From positions 64,001 to 128,000 of the IMG/VR virus record IMGVR_UViG_3300032267_001142: DNA of 64,000 nt, one strand, 5' to 3'. The notes under the pieces were generated by a model, which saw only the letters and a program-made list of their open reading frames with translations, searched no databases and was not told the DNA's origin. Source of the DNA: a virus. Within the stretch, counting starts at the first letter, position 1; each line of letters opens with the position of its first letter. Position numbers and translations under genes: made by a program. Positions 10,588 through 19,818 of the stretch are shown piece by piece.

Positions 10588-11429
10588 TGAACACTTCAAT
10601 AAAACATCAACGTCTACCTTCTTACGGAGGCGGTCAGGGCTCTTCGGCCTCACCGTTCCAACTTTTAGTTTCTGGGCAGAATTGCAGAATCAGTAGCAAC
10701 TCTCCTTTACTGTCTTCGTTTTCTGCACGCGACACTTTAGATATTTTCGGGTTAGACTGTTCTTTCGATATGTCCTACGGAAAGAGAATGTATCTTGAGG
10801 TTACTCTTAATGCGGTCTTACAGCCTGTGGCGGCTAGAATCAGGAATGATGGGTTATGGATGAAATCTAAAACTAAGATTACCACTTCTTCTGGAACGGT
10901 TTTATCTAACGTCTATCCGAATGAAATTGAACTAATTGCCAAGGCAGACTCTTCCGAAAAGCTTCTGGAGCTTAACTCTGATATTACGACGGCGGAAACT
11001 ATAGCTACACAAGAATTAGCCGTCATTAGTGGGGAGTTGTCGCGTGGAAATATCACCTCCCAACAAGCCTCCGCCAGAACGTCGGCCACAAATGAGTCTC
11101 TAAACTCATATAGAGACGCGCTGCAAAACCTAAGAAACAACTTCGCTTCATTCTTCGACGGTAACTCCGTCACCAAAAAGCAGTTCAAGGCTTACAAGAT
11201 GATAGCTTACACGACAAAGAATACGTCTTCAAGTCTAGGCGGAACTTTGGTCTTTCCTACCAATGGAACTGATTTTTACCAAATCGCGCCTTGCGTATCA
11301 AGCGCCCTGATGCTAGCCTCGTCTTCTTACGTAAACGTTCCAACTAAAGTTGCGATTCCTTGGTCAAGTCCAGTTTTTGAGTGGAAGGTCGATGGCGAGG
11401 TAGAAGACGTTACTATCTCGGGTGTGTAA
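10587..11429 (+). CDS. Hypothetical protein (structural module) with central coiled-coil
   Basis: TAATG coupling; 280-aa ORF. Confidence 0.5.
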   Translation: MNTSIKHQRLPSYGGGQGSSASPFQLLVSGQNCRISSNSPLLSSFSARDTLDIFGLDCSFDMSYGKRMYLEVTLNAVLQPVAARIRNDGLWMKSKTKITTSSGTVLSNVYPNEIELIAKADSSEKLLELNSDITTAETIATQELAVISGELSRGNITSQQASARTSATNESLNSYRDALQNLRNNFASFFDGNSVTKKQFKAYKMIAYTTKNTSSSLGGTLVFPTNGTDFYQIAPCVSSALMLASSSYVNVPTKVAIPWSSPVFEWKVDGEVEDVTISGV

Positions 11430-11430
11430 T

Positions 11431-12267
11431 ATGTTTTCCGCGCTTCCTAACATAAGGGTTTCAGATACTCTTCCTAACCTGTATTTTTATCCGATAGGAC
11501 TGAGCTATTCTGATTTTTTGCAGATGTTTTTTGATGTCGACAGATATCAGATTTCCGCATCATCTTTATCGTCTTCCGACCCTTATCTGGCTTTCATTTC
11601 GGCGGGCGGTGCCGCAGGAAATATAATTGGAACGATTGATGGACTGAACGCTGCAACATCCGCCATCTCTGGTGCTAGAGGCTTTTTCACCGGAGAAACA
11701 AAAAGGACTTGGTTAGCTCCCCAATTTGAGACTCAGCACGATTTAGAAATTTACCAGTCTCGTCGTATCAACTCGGATATTGGCGGGCCAATTCACAGCT
11801 TCTCTGGCGGTTTCAATTTAGAGATAGACATGACCCTTTCATTGCAATTCGGCGGACGGTATTATCCTCGTATTACCGCGTTTCTTTCTGGAATAACTTC
11901 GTCCAGTTCCTCTTTCTCTGTTGGTTATCTGTCTTTGGACGGCCTTGGCCTAGTTCCGGTATATTCCGATAACCCAACATTAACTTTTTCCGGCTCTATG
12001 AGCAGGGCGTTTTCTTACTCTCGCATTAGCGCTCGCTTTAGAGACGGGCGCATCACCATCTCTGATGCAGAATTCGGGAGATTACCTCAAATCAAATCGG
12101 CTTTTTGTAGGGGGTTTTCTTTGAAGTCCGAATTGCTATCACCAAATTCTATTACAATACAAGCTCCATTTTCGGGATTATCAGAATTAGAGCTTCTCCT
12201 ACAAGAAGGTCAGGGTACCTCTTTTAATCAGTATTCTGTTCTAGCTTCTTCTGTTCCGCAGCCCTAA
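11431..12267 (+). CDS. Hypothetical protein (structural module)
   Basis: The ATG at 11431, just after the upstream TAA, is preferred over the GTG at 11422. The 3' end overlaps the convergent gene by 44 nt. Confidence 0.5.
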   Translation: MFSALPNIRVSDTLPNLYFYPIGLSYSDFLQMFFDVDRYQISASSLSSSDPYLAFISAGGAAGNIIGTIDGLNAATSAISGARGFFTGETKRTWLAPQFETQHDLEIYQSRRINSDIGGPIHSFSGGFNLEIDMTLSLQFGGRYYPRITAFLSGITSSSSSFSVGYLSLDGLGLVPVYSDNPTLTFSGSMSRAFSYSRISARFRDGRITISDAEFGRLPQIKSAFCRGFSLKSELLSPNSITIQAPFSGLSELELLLQEGQGTSFNQYSVLASSVPQP

Positions 12268-12970
12268 TCTTAGCTTGGAGAACGGCTTTGACCCTTTCGA
12301 TAAGAGGGATAACTTGGTCCTGCGGAATATCTTCCATCTTTGTCCAAGAGTCCGCGCCTTCAACGCCATCTTTAATCATGCGGTTGAGAAACGCGTTGAA
12401 CTTGATTTTGTTCGCGGCCAAAAAGTCTTCTAGGACTTTGTGAGCCTCGTTTCCTGATGAATCCGCCATGCTTCTAGTATTACAGCTAGGAAGCTCGTCC
12501 TTTCCTAATACTGGGATGTTTAGGAAGCCTCTGACGGCGCGCACGAAGCCTCTGTTCTCGGCAATACTAGTCAAAAAGTTTTGTCCTAGCGACTTAGTGT
12601 TATTTAGATGGGCGTCAGCGCAAGCAGAAAACGATACGGCGAGGCCATCCGTTTCGTAATTAGGTATCCACGTAATACAGGTCTCGACGGCCACGAATTC
12701 GGCGTGAGAAGAAGGCAGCAAGGAATGCTTGACGCTAGAAAAACCTCTTAAAGTTGCCAAATTTCGATAACCTTGCAAAAGCACTAGGAGAGCTTCTTCT
12801 GGAACTTTAGTGATGTCCTGCTCAAGTGTCCTTTCGGTGTTTATCACGATGTACTGCGGTTCTATCATTTTTCTCCAGTCGACTCTTCCGTCAGACTTAA
12901 ATGGATATTCGACACCTTCGATAAGACCGAAGGTGTTCCGCTTGCGGGTGATAATATTCGTTTCGCTCAT
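12224..12970 (-). CDS. Putative Rad52/Sak-like single-strand annealing protein
   Basis: ACADAH...IAENRGFVRAVRGFLNIPVLGKDEL resembles the Rad52-like A-E-x-R-A-x-x-R-A motif; located in the replication module. Confidence 0.35.
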   Translation of the reverse strand: MSETNIITRKRNTFGLIEGVEYPFKSDGRVDWRKMIEPQYIVINTERTLEQDITKVPEEALLVLLQGYRNLATLRGFSSVKHSLLPSSHAEFVAVETCITWIPNYETDGLAVSFSACADAHLNNTKSLGQNFLTSIAENRGFVRAVRGFLNIPVLGKDELPSCNTRSMADSSGNEAHKVLEDFLAANKIKFNAFLNRMIKDGVEGADSWTKMEDIPQDQVIPLIERVKAVLQAKIRAAEQKKLEQNTD

Positions 12971-12976
12971 GTATGT

Positions 12977-13005
12977 GTTTTAATTGCTTTTGTTAGCCGC
13001 GTCAA
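12977..13005 (-). promoter_or_regulatory. Sigma70-like promoter, leaderless geometry
   Basis: TTGACG, 17 nt, TAAAAC, 6 nt, ATG 12970. Confidence 0.5.
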
Positions 13006-14197
13006 GGACATTGCCATTTCTGTAAATGTAGAAGAATTCGGAATCTTCCCAGAAATCAGCGCAGTCCAAAACCTCTCCCTCGTTGTCTCTAAGGTCGCCG
13101 CTTGGGACATTTTTACCGTCCTTCCAGTGGGCTCTACTGAGATAAAGCTTTCCAGACGATAGCAGAAATCTTCCAGTACGGAATCTCATACCCGCAACAT
13201 CTTTGTCAATAGTGGCTGGACGCTCAGAGCTTAAAGATTTGTGTATCGGCTCGAAGTCGAAATACTCTAATTTAATCGGCCCTAGCGTTTCTTCTGGCAG
13301 CTTAGAGAGGAGAATGTATTTAATTCCTAAGTCGGAGATAGCCTTAACGAAGAGAGGGTTATGATTTTCCTTAATTTCATAAACTATCGTGTCTACGTTG
13401 CCCATCACATTCCGAAGTTCGTCGACATTGACGGGCTTATCTGTGACGATATTGCATTTGCGATGTTTGAGAATCTTAAACATCACTTCTTCGCTTCCGC
13501 CTAGGTCAAATCTAAAGGTAGGAATTTGATTGCCACATACCCCTAAATCAATTAGTAAGTCGGGAATTACTTCAAAAGTGACTATTTGAAATTTCTCTCC
13601 TACGCGTATGGTTTTTGGTAAGCCTTCCAAGAATTTACGTTCGGCCTTGAGCACTCTCATTACCGCTCTCGCTACTTCTTCTGGACGTATCTCATCAATG
13701 TGTTTTTTGTGTTCCTCCGATTGAAATGACGGCCTGTGAGTATCGGGTGTGATGTAGTGTTGCTTCGTCTTGTCGCCAAACCAAGCTCCAGAAATATTAG
13801 GGTGGGTCGGCCCAAAGCACGAAACTAATGGGACGTTATGATGTCCTGCCAAATGGATGATACTCGTATCGTTCGCTAGCACTAATGACGAGTGCTTAAC
13901 AAGCCAAGAATACTGGTAAAGGGAAGTCTGTCCGCAAAAATTTAGGTGGACGTTAAGAGGGGTATCATTCGCAGAGCCAACTTGAATCAGCTTATAGCCG
14001 CAAGATTCAAGAAATGGAATTACGCAGCGCAAGACTTCATTGAGCAGTGAGTAATTTTTACTTTGCATGCCCGAGCTTGAGCATACCAAAACGTATTTAT
14101 CGAATCCGTCAGGCAAAGGGATGCTATGCTCATAGGTCTGCATCGAGCCTATCCTAAGCCCCGTCGAGCGACTATAAGTATCTAAAAGGTGAGCCAT
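12980..14197 (-). CDS. GT9 (heptosyltransferase-like) glycosyltransferase, C-terminal Rossmann half plus extra domain
   Basis: SKNY, LIQVG, and LVLANDTSIIHLAGHHNVPLVSCFGPT motifs. Lacks the GT9 N-terminal domain. Confidence 0.75.
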   Translation of the reverse strand: MAHLLDTYSRSTGLRIGSMQTYEHSIPLPDGFDKYVLVCSSSGMQSKNYSLLNEVLRCVIPFLESCGYKLIQVGSANDTPLNVHLNFCGQTSLYQYSWLVKHSSLVLANDTSIIHLAGHHNVPLVSCFGPTHPNISGAWFGDKTKQHYITPDTHRPSFQSEEHKKHIDEIRPEEVARAVMRVLKAERKFLEGLPKTIRVGEKFQIVTFEVIPDLLIDLGVCGNQIPTFRFDLGGSEEVMFKILKHRKCNIVTDKPVNVDELRNVMGNVDTIVYEIKENHNPLFVKAISDLGIKYILLSKLPEETLGPIKLEYFDFEPIHKSLSSERPATIDKDVAGMRFRTGRFLLSSGKLYLSRAHWKDGKNVPSGDLRDNEGEVLDCADFWEDSEFFYIYRNGNVLDAANKSN

Positions 14198-14200
14198 AGG

Positions 14201-16126
14201 TTACGGAAGTGTCAGTTGCAAATGATTAGTAGTTTCGCCGTTGTGCAGATAGTTTATCATTCTTTGAGTAAAGAAGTGCGGCTGCAATACGACCTGAAAA
14301 GTTTTATTGCCGTTGTAGCCCTCTAACTGCATACTGTTATCATACGCGGGTTGCCATTCCAGCACTCTTTTTATTAGAGTCCCCACGAGCGGCTCAAAAA
14401 CTTCCCTAAATTTGGGCTTTGTCGCGATGTAGATATCCTTGCCCACATAGACGTTATTTTTGGCGTCTTCTAGCAAAGCGGTAATGTAAAGAGCGTCTCC
14501 TAAAGACTCTGGTATATTGATGAGCACCCTGTTTTCTGGTAGACCCTCTAGCGAATCTAACTCAGAAGAGTTTTTCTTCAATTTATCGTTCTCTTGCTCG
14601 GCGATGTGACGAAAATAATTTTCGACATTCTGGCGCGGCACGTTTTTAGCAAGTTCCGACATCCAATATTTTACGCCCTCATCGTCGTCCGCGACTTCCA
14701 TATTGAGGATTTTTGAATACAGGCTTTTAACCCAAATTCTATCGTCAGTCGAGTCCTCTATTACGGCGGAGGGGTTTTTTGGTTTTACGGAAAAGTCGAA
14801 ATCGTAATCACTTAGAGGGAAGCTGTCCAATAATTGCTCAAACTGCTGTCCGATTTTTTCTATCGAGAAGTTCTCCAAGACCCACTGTCTTGCTTTTTTG
14901 CCCATCGCCTCTCTTTTTTCTAAGGCCATGTCTGAGACCTTCTTTAGGGAACTGGATATAGAATAGACACTCGTATTCGCTTTAATAAACGAACTGACGC
15001 CCTCACGATAAGAGCTGAACTCAAGAGGTATGGACGCAGCCCCCTCCTCGCAGTTATCTTCACCGCAGGAATAGTTCGTGACTAGAGTAACTAATTCCGC
15101 CAGCTTCGCTTCTTGAATGGTTCGCTCTTGTCCGCCGCTAGTGAAAGCATGCGCGTAAACGTCCAGCAGGTTATACCATTCATTTAGTTGAGACTCAGTA
15201 ACGCCGTCTTTTATATTGACCGTGACTAAGGAGTTTTTGTGTCCTGTCTCGGGATTATCTAAGTCTTGTCCAGCGTAAGGAAGAATATACATTCGTCCTG
15301 TAGAGCGGCACTTATAAGTAGCCAATACGTCGGACTCATTGAGTCCGTTTTGTTTGATTAATGGCGGCAAATCCCACCCCTCACCCCAATGAGTGTGAAG
15401 GAGGAGTTTGGCGTTTTTCTTTGGGTTTTTTTTCTTGAAATCGGCGAATCCTTCTATGAGTTGCGGAAAGCTTTTCCTTAGCTGATTTCTGCTGCACATG
15501 CCCACGCAGAAATCGCTTGGAGATATTCCGTAACGATGGCGCAATTCTTCACGAACACTCCGATTCAGCTTGAAAAATGCTCCGCTATTAACGCTTCCTC
15601 TCAAAGTCTTTACGTGGGTTTGGCCCCTAGCGTTCATATCCTTTGTCGCGAAATCTGCCCAAGAAAAGAAATACGGAGTAGCTTTAGCTAGCTCGAAGGC
15701 CATCTCTAAAATAGGTCTTGAATCGAGAGTTGTATGCACGACGCAAGGTATTTTGTTCCACCACGGCTTGTCCTTGAAGAATGCCAGTCCCCAAATATCT
15801 TCTACACCGATAAAAACGTCAGGCTTGACGGCTTTAACCACGTCATTAGCCCTATAATCTCCATAGTTGGCGAGCTTGAATGTGCGCTCGTCAGCCTGGA
15901 GAGATTGCAGCTCTTGTGGTGTGTTGGGGAGTGCTCCGTGACACTTCCACGGCCACTTGCTGAATTCAGGATAACCTTCGGTTACTGCCCCAGCTAATAG
16001 ATGAAGCTCGTATTTTCCGGTTTTATATAGGTAGGTCAGAAGCTCCCTCATGAAGCCACCGAAGCCGGTTTTCAGACCGCAATAATTCCCCGAAATTAAG
16101 ACCCTCTTTTTTCTAAGCTCGCTCAT
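14201..16126 (-). CDS. GT4-like glycosyltransferase fused to a DUF4214-like domain and a GT9 N-terminal half
   Basis: RNQLRKSFP and FTSGGQERTIQEA (GT-B). WVKSLYSKILNMEVADDDEGVKYWMSEL (DUF4214-like). RVLINIPESLGDALYITALL (GT9 N-terminus). Confidence 0.75.
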   Translation of the reverse strand: MSELRKKRVLISGNYCGLKTGFGGFMRELLTYLYKTGKYELHLLAGAVTEGYPEFSKWPWKCHGALPNTPQELQSLQADERTFKLANYGDYRANDVVKAVKPDVFIGVEDIWGLAFFKDKPWWNKIPCVVHTTLDSRPILEMAFELAKATPYFFSWADFATKDMNARGQTHVKTLRGSVNSGAFFKLNRSVREELRHRYGISPSDFCVGMCSRNQLRKSFPQLIEGFADFKKKNPKKNAKLLLHTHWGEGWDLPPLIKQNGLNESDVLATYKCRSTGRMYILPYAGQDLDNPETGHKNSLVTVNIKDGVTESQLNEWYNLLDVYAHAFTSGGQERTIQEAKLAELVTLVTNYSCGEDNCEEGAASIPLEFSSYREGVSSFIKANTSVYSISSSLKKVSDMALEKREAMGKKARQWVLENFSIEKIGQQFEQLLDSFPLSDYDFDFSVKPKNPSAVIEDSTDDRIWVKSLYSKILNMEVADDDEGVKYWMSELAKNVPRQNVENYFRHIAEQENDKLKKNSSELDSLEGLPENRVLINIPESLGDALYITALLEDAKNNVYVGKDIYIATKPKFREVFEPLVGTLIKRVLEWQPAYDNSMQLEGYNGNKTFQVVLQPHFFTQRMINYLHNGETTNHLQLTLP

Positions 16127-16137
16127 TAAACTCCTAG

Positions 16138-16770
16138 TTATTCAGAAGCGAAAGGGTCGTCTTCAATTTCGATTTGCTCTTCCTGCTCCGGCGCTGGCGG
16201 AGCAGATTTCTTGCTGCCGCCCGATGCTTTTTTGGCCGGAGCTGCCGCTTGCTCGTCTTCTTCCTTCTGCTTTCTATCGAAGAACTCTTGGCGTCTCTTT
16301 TTATCTTCGGCGTAAAGAGCGCTAAAGATATGGTCGAGCGAGAACTTCAGGAACTCTCGCAACACGGTGAATTCGCTCGGGGCGAGACCAATGGAAAAGG
16401 TTTGCTTGTCCGATGAGTCCTCCAAGTTGGTTCTCGTTATACGCAGCCCGAGCCCGCGTAATTTACCACGCTGGTCACCTTCGGTTTTTTCGTAGAATGG
16501 AGCGAAATGGATTTGGGAATTGTTCTTGGCGCTCTTGTGAAAGGTGCTGAACTCAATTAACTTTTCGCAAGTGAGCAGAAGCCCACCAATCTCAGTAAGA
16601 CTGAACTTCGCATTAGCTTTTTCGCCACCCTTGAAAGAGCCAGTTCGTTCGGACTCATTCCATCCAGTCTGCTTGACGAATTCGACAAAAAGACACTGCT
16701 CTTTGCTGTTGAAGGAAAAGGAGCACGCTGCCCCAGTATTACCGCGATTAGGCTTATAGAATTGTAGCAT
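16138..16770 (-). CDS. Putative PC4/Whirly-like ssDNA-binding protein
   Basis: Beta-rich core, low-complexity linker and acidic SSB-like tail (IEIEDDPFASE); adjacent to the polymerase gene. Confidence 0.45.
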   Translation of the reverse strand: MLQFYKPNRGNTGAACSFSFNSKEQCLFVEFVKQTGWNESERTGSFKGGEKANAKFSLTEIGGLLLTCEKLIEFSTFHKSAKNNSQIHFAPFYEKTEGDQRGKLRGLGLRITRTNLEDSSDKQTFSIGLAPSEFTVLREFLKFSLDHIFSALYAEDKKRRQEFFDRKQKEEDEQAAAPAKKASGGSKKSAPPAPEQEEQIEIEDDPFASE

Positions 16771-16778
16771 ATTTATGT

Positions 16779-16806
16779 ATTATTACGGAATTGGGTCTGA
16801 AGTCAA
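16779..16806 (-). promoter_or_regulatory. Sigma70-like promoter, leaderless geometry
   Basis: TTGACT, 16 nt, AATAAT, 8 nt, ATG 16770. Confidence 0.5.
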
Positions 16807-19800
16807 GGCTCTATTATTAGATTCCATGTCTTTTTGCACGTCCTTGAATTTGCAGTAGATTTTCAAAGACTGGTCGCTTATTCTGTCTAGAAAGATTGAA
16901 TCGCCGTGCTTTTTTCCAGAACAGAAGACTATCGAGTCTTTCGCTGGGAGCGACCCGTCGTGTAGAGCTTTCGTTCCTGATATCTTGTCCCCATCTTTTG
17001 TAGCGAAGATTAACGCTGTAATTGTTCCGGTCTCATCGCTGAGCTGCCAGCGAGCGTATCTAGTCTTCTTCTCGTTTTGTGCGACACCTTCGTAAGGCTT
17101 GTCGGAAACGACGGCTACAAAGCTACAGCGCTCACCTTCACTGGCACCGTTAAGTTCCTCTACGCTATACAAGACGCTGCCATCTGGAGAGTCAAATATT
17201 TCTGACAGCTTGTGGCTGTAGCTGTATCCGAGCAGCATTCTTTCGTAAAAGAAGTTTGCCATTTCTAAGTTTTTACGGTTCATTTCCCAAATAGCTCGGA
17301 ATGGCTCGCTTTTCTTTTTTATCGTTGCCATTCGTGACGGCTTGATTACGGGTTTACCGTCCGCGCCGATACCCGAAGCTAGTGAGTTGATTACCGCCGA
17401 TAAGCTGTGTTTGAACTGCTCGCCTCTATCAATACAGGCTTTCTTTTCTCTATCCGTCAAAAGGTTCCATACTTGAGCCTCCCAGACTAACCTTGGGCGG
17501 TCATAAGAACCTCCCACGCCATCAAAGCATCCGCTTTGTATTAGCGCCGCCAAGACGTTTACGGTGAGTCCGGCGTTATTAGCGGCCTCGAAAATCTCGA
17601 ACTTGGACGAAAACTCATCTCGAAAACAATTTAGCTTTGCGATGGACTTGTCGGAAATGCCTTTAATCATTGAGAGTCCAAATCTGATATCAGGCCCCTC
17701 GATAGTGAAATCCATCTCCGACTTCAAAATATTAGGAGGCAAAAGCTTGATGCCAAAGTTGCGAAGCTCCATTTGGATTTTGGTTATTTCCTCGACTGGC
17801 TTCGGTTCATTTTTTGCTTCTTGTAAAAGAGCGCAAAAGAACTCTTTCGGATACTTGAATTTCAAGTAAGTGGTTAGCGCCGATAGGCTGGCATAGGCTA
17901 CGCTGTGGCTATTTGAAACGACTAAACCGTCCGCATAAAAATTATGGTCTTTGTGAGCTACCTCTAAATCTAGCGTCGTTTTGAAGCCTATTGATTCATA
18001 AGATTTAACTTTTGTAACTCGCCTGTCTCTACACACGATATTTAAGTTTTGAGAAATAATATCCCTTAGTGGTCTCATTATCATGTCGTCGCAAAGGAGT
18101 TTATGTTCCATTGAGCATTTTATCACCTTCCCATCTTCCATCTCTACTTCAAATAGCTCCCGTTTCGCTTCCGTTTTATCTAAGACTTTGACGTAGCGAT
18201 TCACACGCTCATCTGTATCGAAACCGAGGACTTCGTCTCCTATTTGAATATCGAACAGCATCTTGTCTCCGTTTGGAGTCTCGACAACGGTGTCAGGCGA
18301 AAGGCATTTATTAAATGAATAGCTCGCGCTTTCTTCGAGAATCTTCCACAACATACTGCCAAGCTCTTCTGGCAGACCTTGTTCTTTTATTTTTTCTGAA
18401 ATCTTCTGCTCCCATTCTTTAACTTCGTTAATCTTCTTTTTCCCAACCACGCGACGCAAAACCTCGGCCTGCTCTAGACTAAACCCGATGGCGTTGGCGA
18501 GCTGCATCATTTGCTCCTGATACAGACATACGTTTCTGGTGGCCGCTAATATCTTGGCGAAAAGATGATGCACTTTATCTGCTTTTACGTTATTTTTCGC
18601 GTATCCCTCCAAATAGCTAAGCGCACCAGGCCTAGCAATAGCAACCACGTCGGCCAATTCCGTTAAATTCTTTGGTTTAACCTCTCTACACACTTTGAGG
18701 TTAGTAGGGGCTTCTAGCTGGAAAATACCATGCGCCGTATTCAGGTTTTGTAAATTATCGTAAATTACGGGGTCGTCATGGATATTTACGTCGTCGAACT
18801 TAATCCCGACGCTCTTCATAACGCGAGAAACGACGGAGCAGCAACGCACGCCAAGCAAATCCAGCTTGAGCGTCAAATAAGCGACTTCGTCCATCGTCAA
18901 AGAGGTGGCTATATTGATGTCGGCCTCTTCCTCGGAGGACTTCGCTTTTTCTAGAGGCAGAAATTCTGCTACTTCATCGAAAGAAACTACATAACCAGAT
19001 GGGTGCGTGCCTCTGTTTCTGATGATGTCTCTTAGACGTAGAGATATATCATAAGCTTCTGGGTTTTTAACAGCCCAGTTATTAAAGTCCTTGCTGCCAG
19101 CTTTTGCCTTTTCCAAATCCTCAACGACGCCGAACTTCTTTGGAATCATGTCCGACACGGTTTTCATTTCTTCGTCGCTATAGCCGCAGACGATTTTTCC
19201 GATATCTTTGATTAAGACCTTTCCGCTTAGAGTGCTTAAGGTACTGATTTTGCATACCTTTTTCGGATACAACGAATGCAAATAAGCGACGACCTCTTTT
19301 CTGCGCTCTTGCTCGATGTCGATATCAACGTCTGGGGCCAAGCTTCCGTCAATATACGTCACTCCATCGACTATTTTCTTCTTCGCTCGTGTCTCAGAAA
19401 CGAATCTTTCAAAAAATAGACCATAGCGAATGGGGTCGTTTGCCGTAATCCCAAGAAGGTAGAAAACCAGACTACCGCCAGCCGAGCCGCGTCCATAGTC
19501 TCTGGCGATGCCGGTCCTATCACAAAAAGACGTGACCTTCCACACTAACAAGACATAATCGACAAATCCGAGCTTGTCGAAGAGCGCTAACTCTTTCTTA
19601 ACGCGCTCGGCGTATTCCGCCCACTTGCTTTTTTGTATCTTCTTTGTAAATCCGGCACGAGCTAAGCACGTCAAGAACTCCAAATTAGAACTTCCCAAAG
19701 GGGCGCTGGCAGCAGCGCGCTCTTCATCAGAAATAGAAATCGAAGGCAACCTTACATACCCGTAATTCTCAAACTTGTAATCAGTGAACTGTTCTATGAA

Positions 19801-19818
19801 GTTTTCTTCTGCTGGCAT
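16783..19818 (-). CDS. dnaE: DNA polymerase III alpha (DnaE) catalytic subunit lacking PHP domain, intein-containing
   Basis: GRGSAGGSLV, LFFERFVS, PDVDIDIE, HPSG, KLDLLG, YQEQMMQ, FNK|SHSVAY and a C-terminal OB fold. The N-terminus begins after the PHP region. Confidence 0.95.
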   Translation of the reverse strand: MPAEENFIEQFTDYKFENYGYVRLPSISISDEERAAASAPLGSSNLEFLTCLARAGFTKKIQKSKWAEYAERVKKELALFDKLGFVDYVLLVWKVTSFCDRTGIARDYGRGSAGGSLVFYLLGITANDPIRYGLFFERFVSETRAKKKIVDGVTYIDGSLAPDVDIDIEQERRKEVVAYLHSLYPKKVCKISTLSTLSGKVLIKDIGKIVCGYSDEEMKTVSDMIPKKFGVVEDLEKAKAGSKDFNNWAVKNPEAYDISLRLRDIIRNRGTHPSGYVVSFDEVAEFLPLEKAKSSEEEADINIATSLTMDEVAYLTLKLDLLGVRCCSVVSRVMKSVGIKFDDVNIHDDPVIYDNLQNLNTAHGIFQLEAPTNLKVCREVKPKNLTELADVVAIARPGALSYLEGYAKNNVKADKVHHLFAKILAATRNVCLYQEQMMQLANAIGFSLEQAEVLRRVVGKKKINEVKEWEQKISEKIKEQGLPEELGSMLWKILEESASYSFNKCLSPDTVVETPNGDKMLFDIQIGDEVLGFDTDERVNRYVKVLDKTEAKRELFEVEMEDGKVIKCSMEHKLLCDDMIMRPLRDIISQNLNIVCRDRRVTKVKSYESIGFKTTLDLEVAHKDHNFYADGLVVSNSHSVAYASLSALTTYLKFKYPKEFFCALLQEAKNEPKPVEEITKIQMELRNFGIKLLPPNILKSEMDFTIEGPDIRFGLSMIKGISDKSIAKLNCFRDEFSSKFEIFEAANNAGLTVNVLAALIQSGCFDGVGGSYDRPRLVWEAQVWNLLTDREKKACIDRGEQFKHSLSAVINSLASGIGADGKPVIKPSRMATIKKKSEPFRAIWEMNRKNLEMANFFYERMLLGYSYSHKLSEIFDSPDGSVLYSVEELNGASEGERCSFVAVVSDKPYEGVAQNEKKTRYARWQLSDETGTITALIFATKDGDKISGTKALHDGSLPAKDSIVFCSGKKHGDSIFLDRISDQSLKIYCKFKDVQKDMESNNRALTSDPIP
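17911..18306 (-). mobile_element. Mini-intein (132 aa) in DnaE, no homing endonuclease
   Basis: Starts CLSPDT after YSFNK; block B CSMEH; block F TLDLEV...HNFYADG; ends VVSN before Ser (SHSVAY). Confidence 0.93.
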
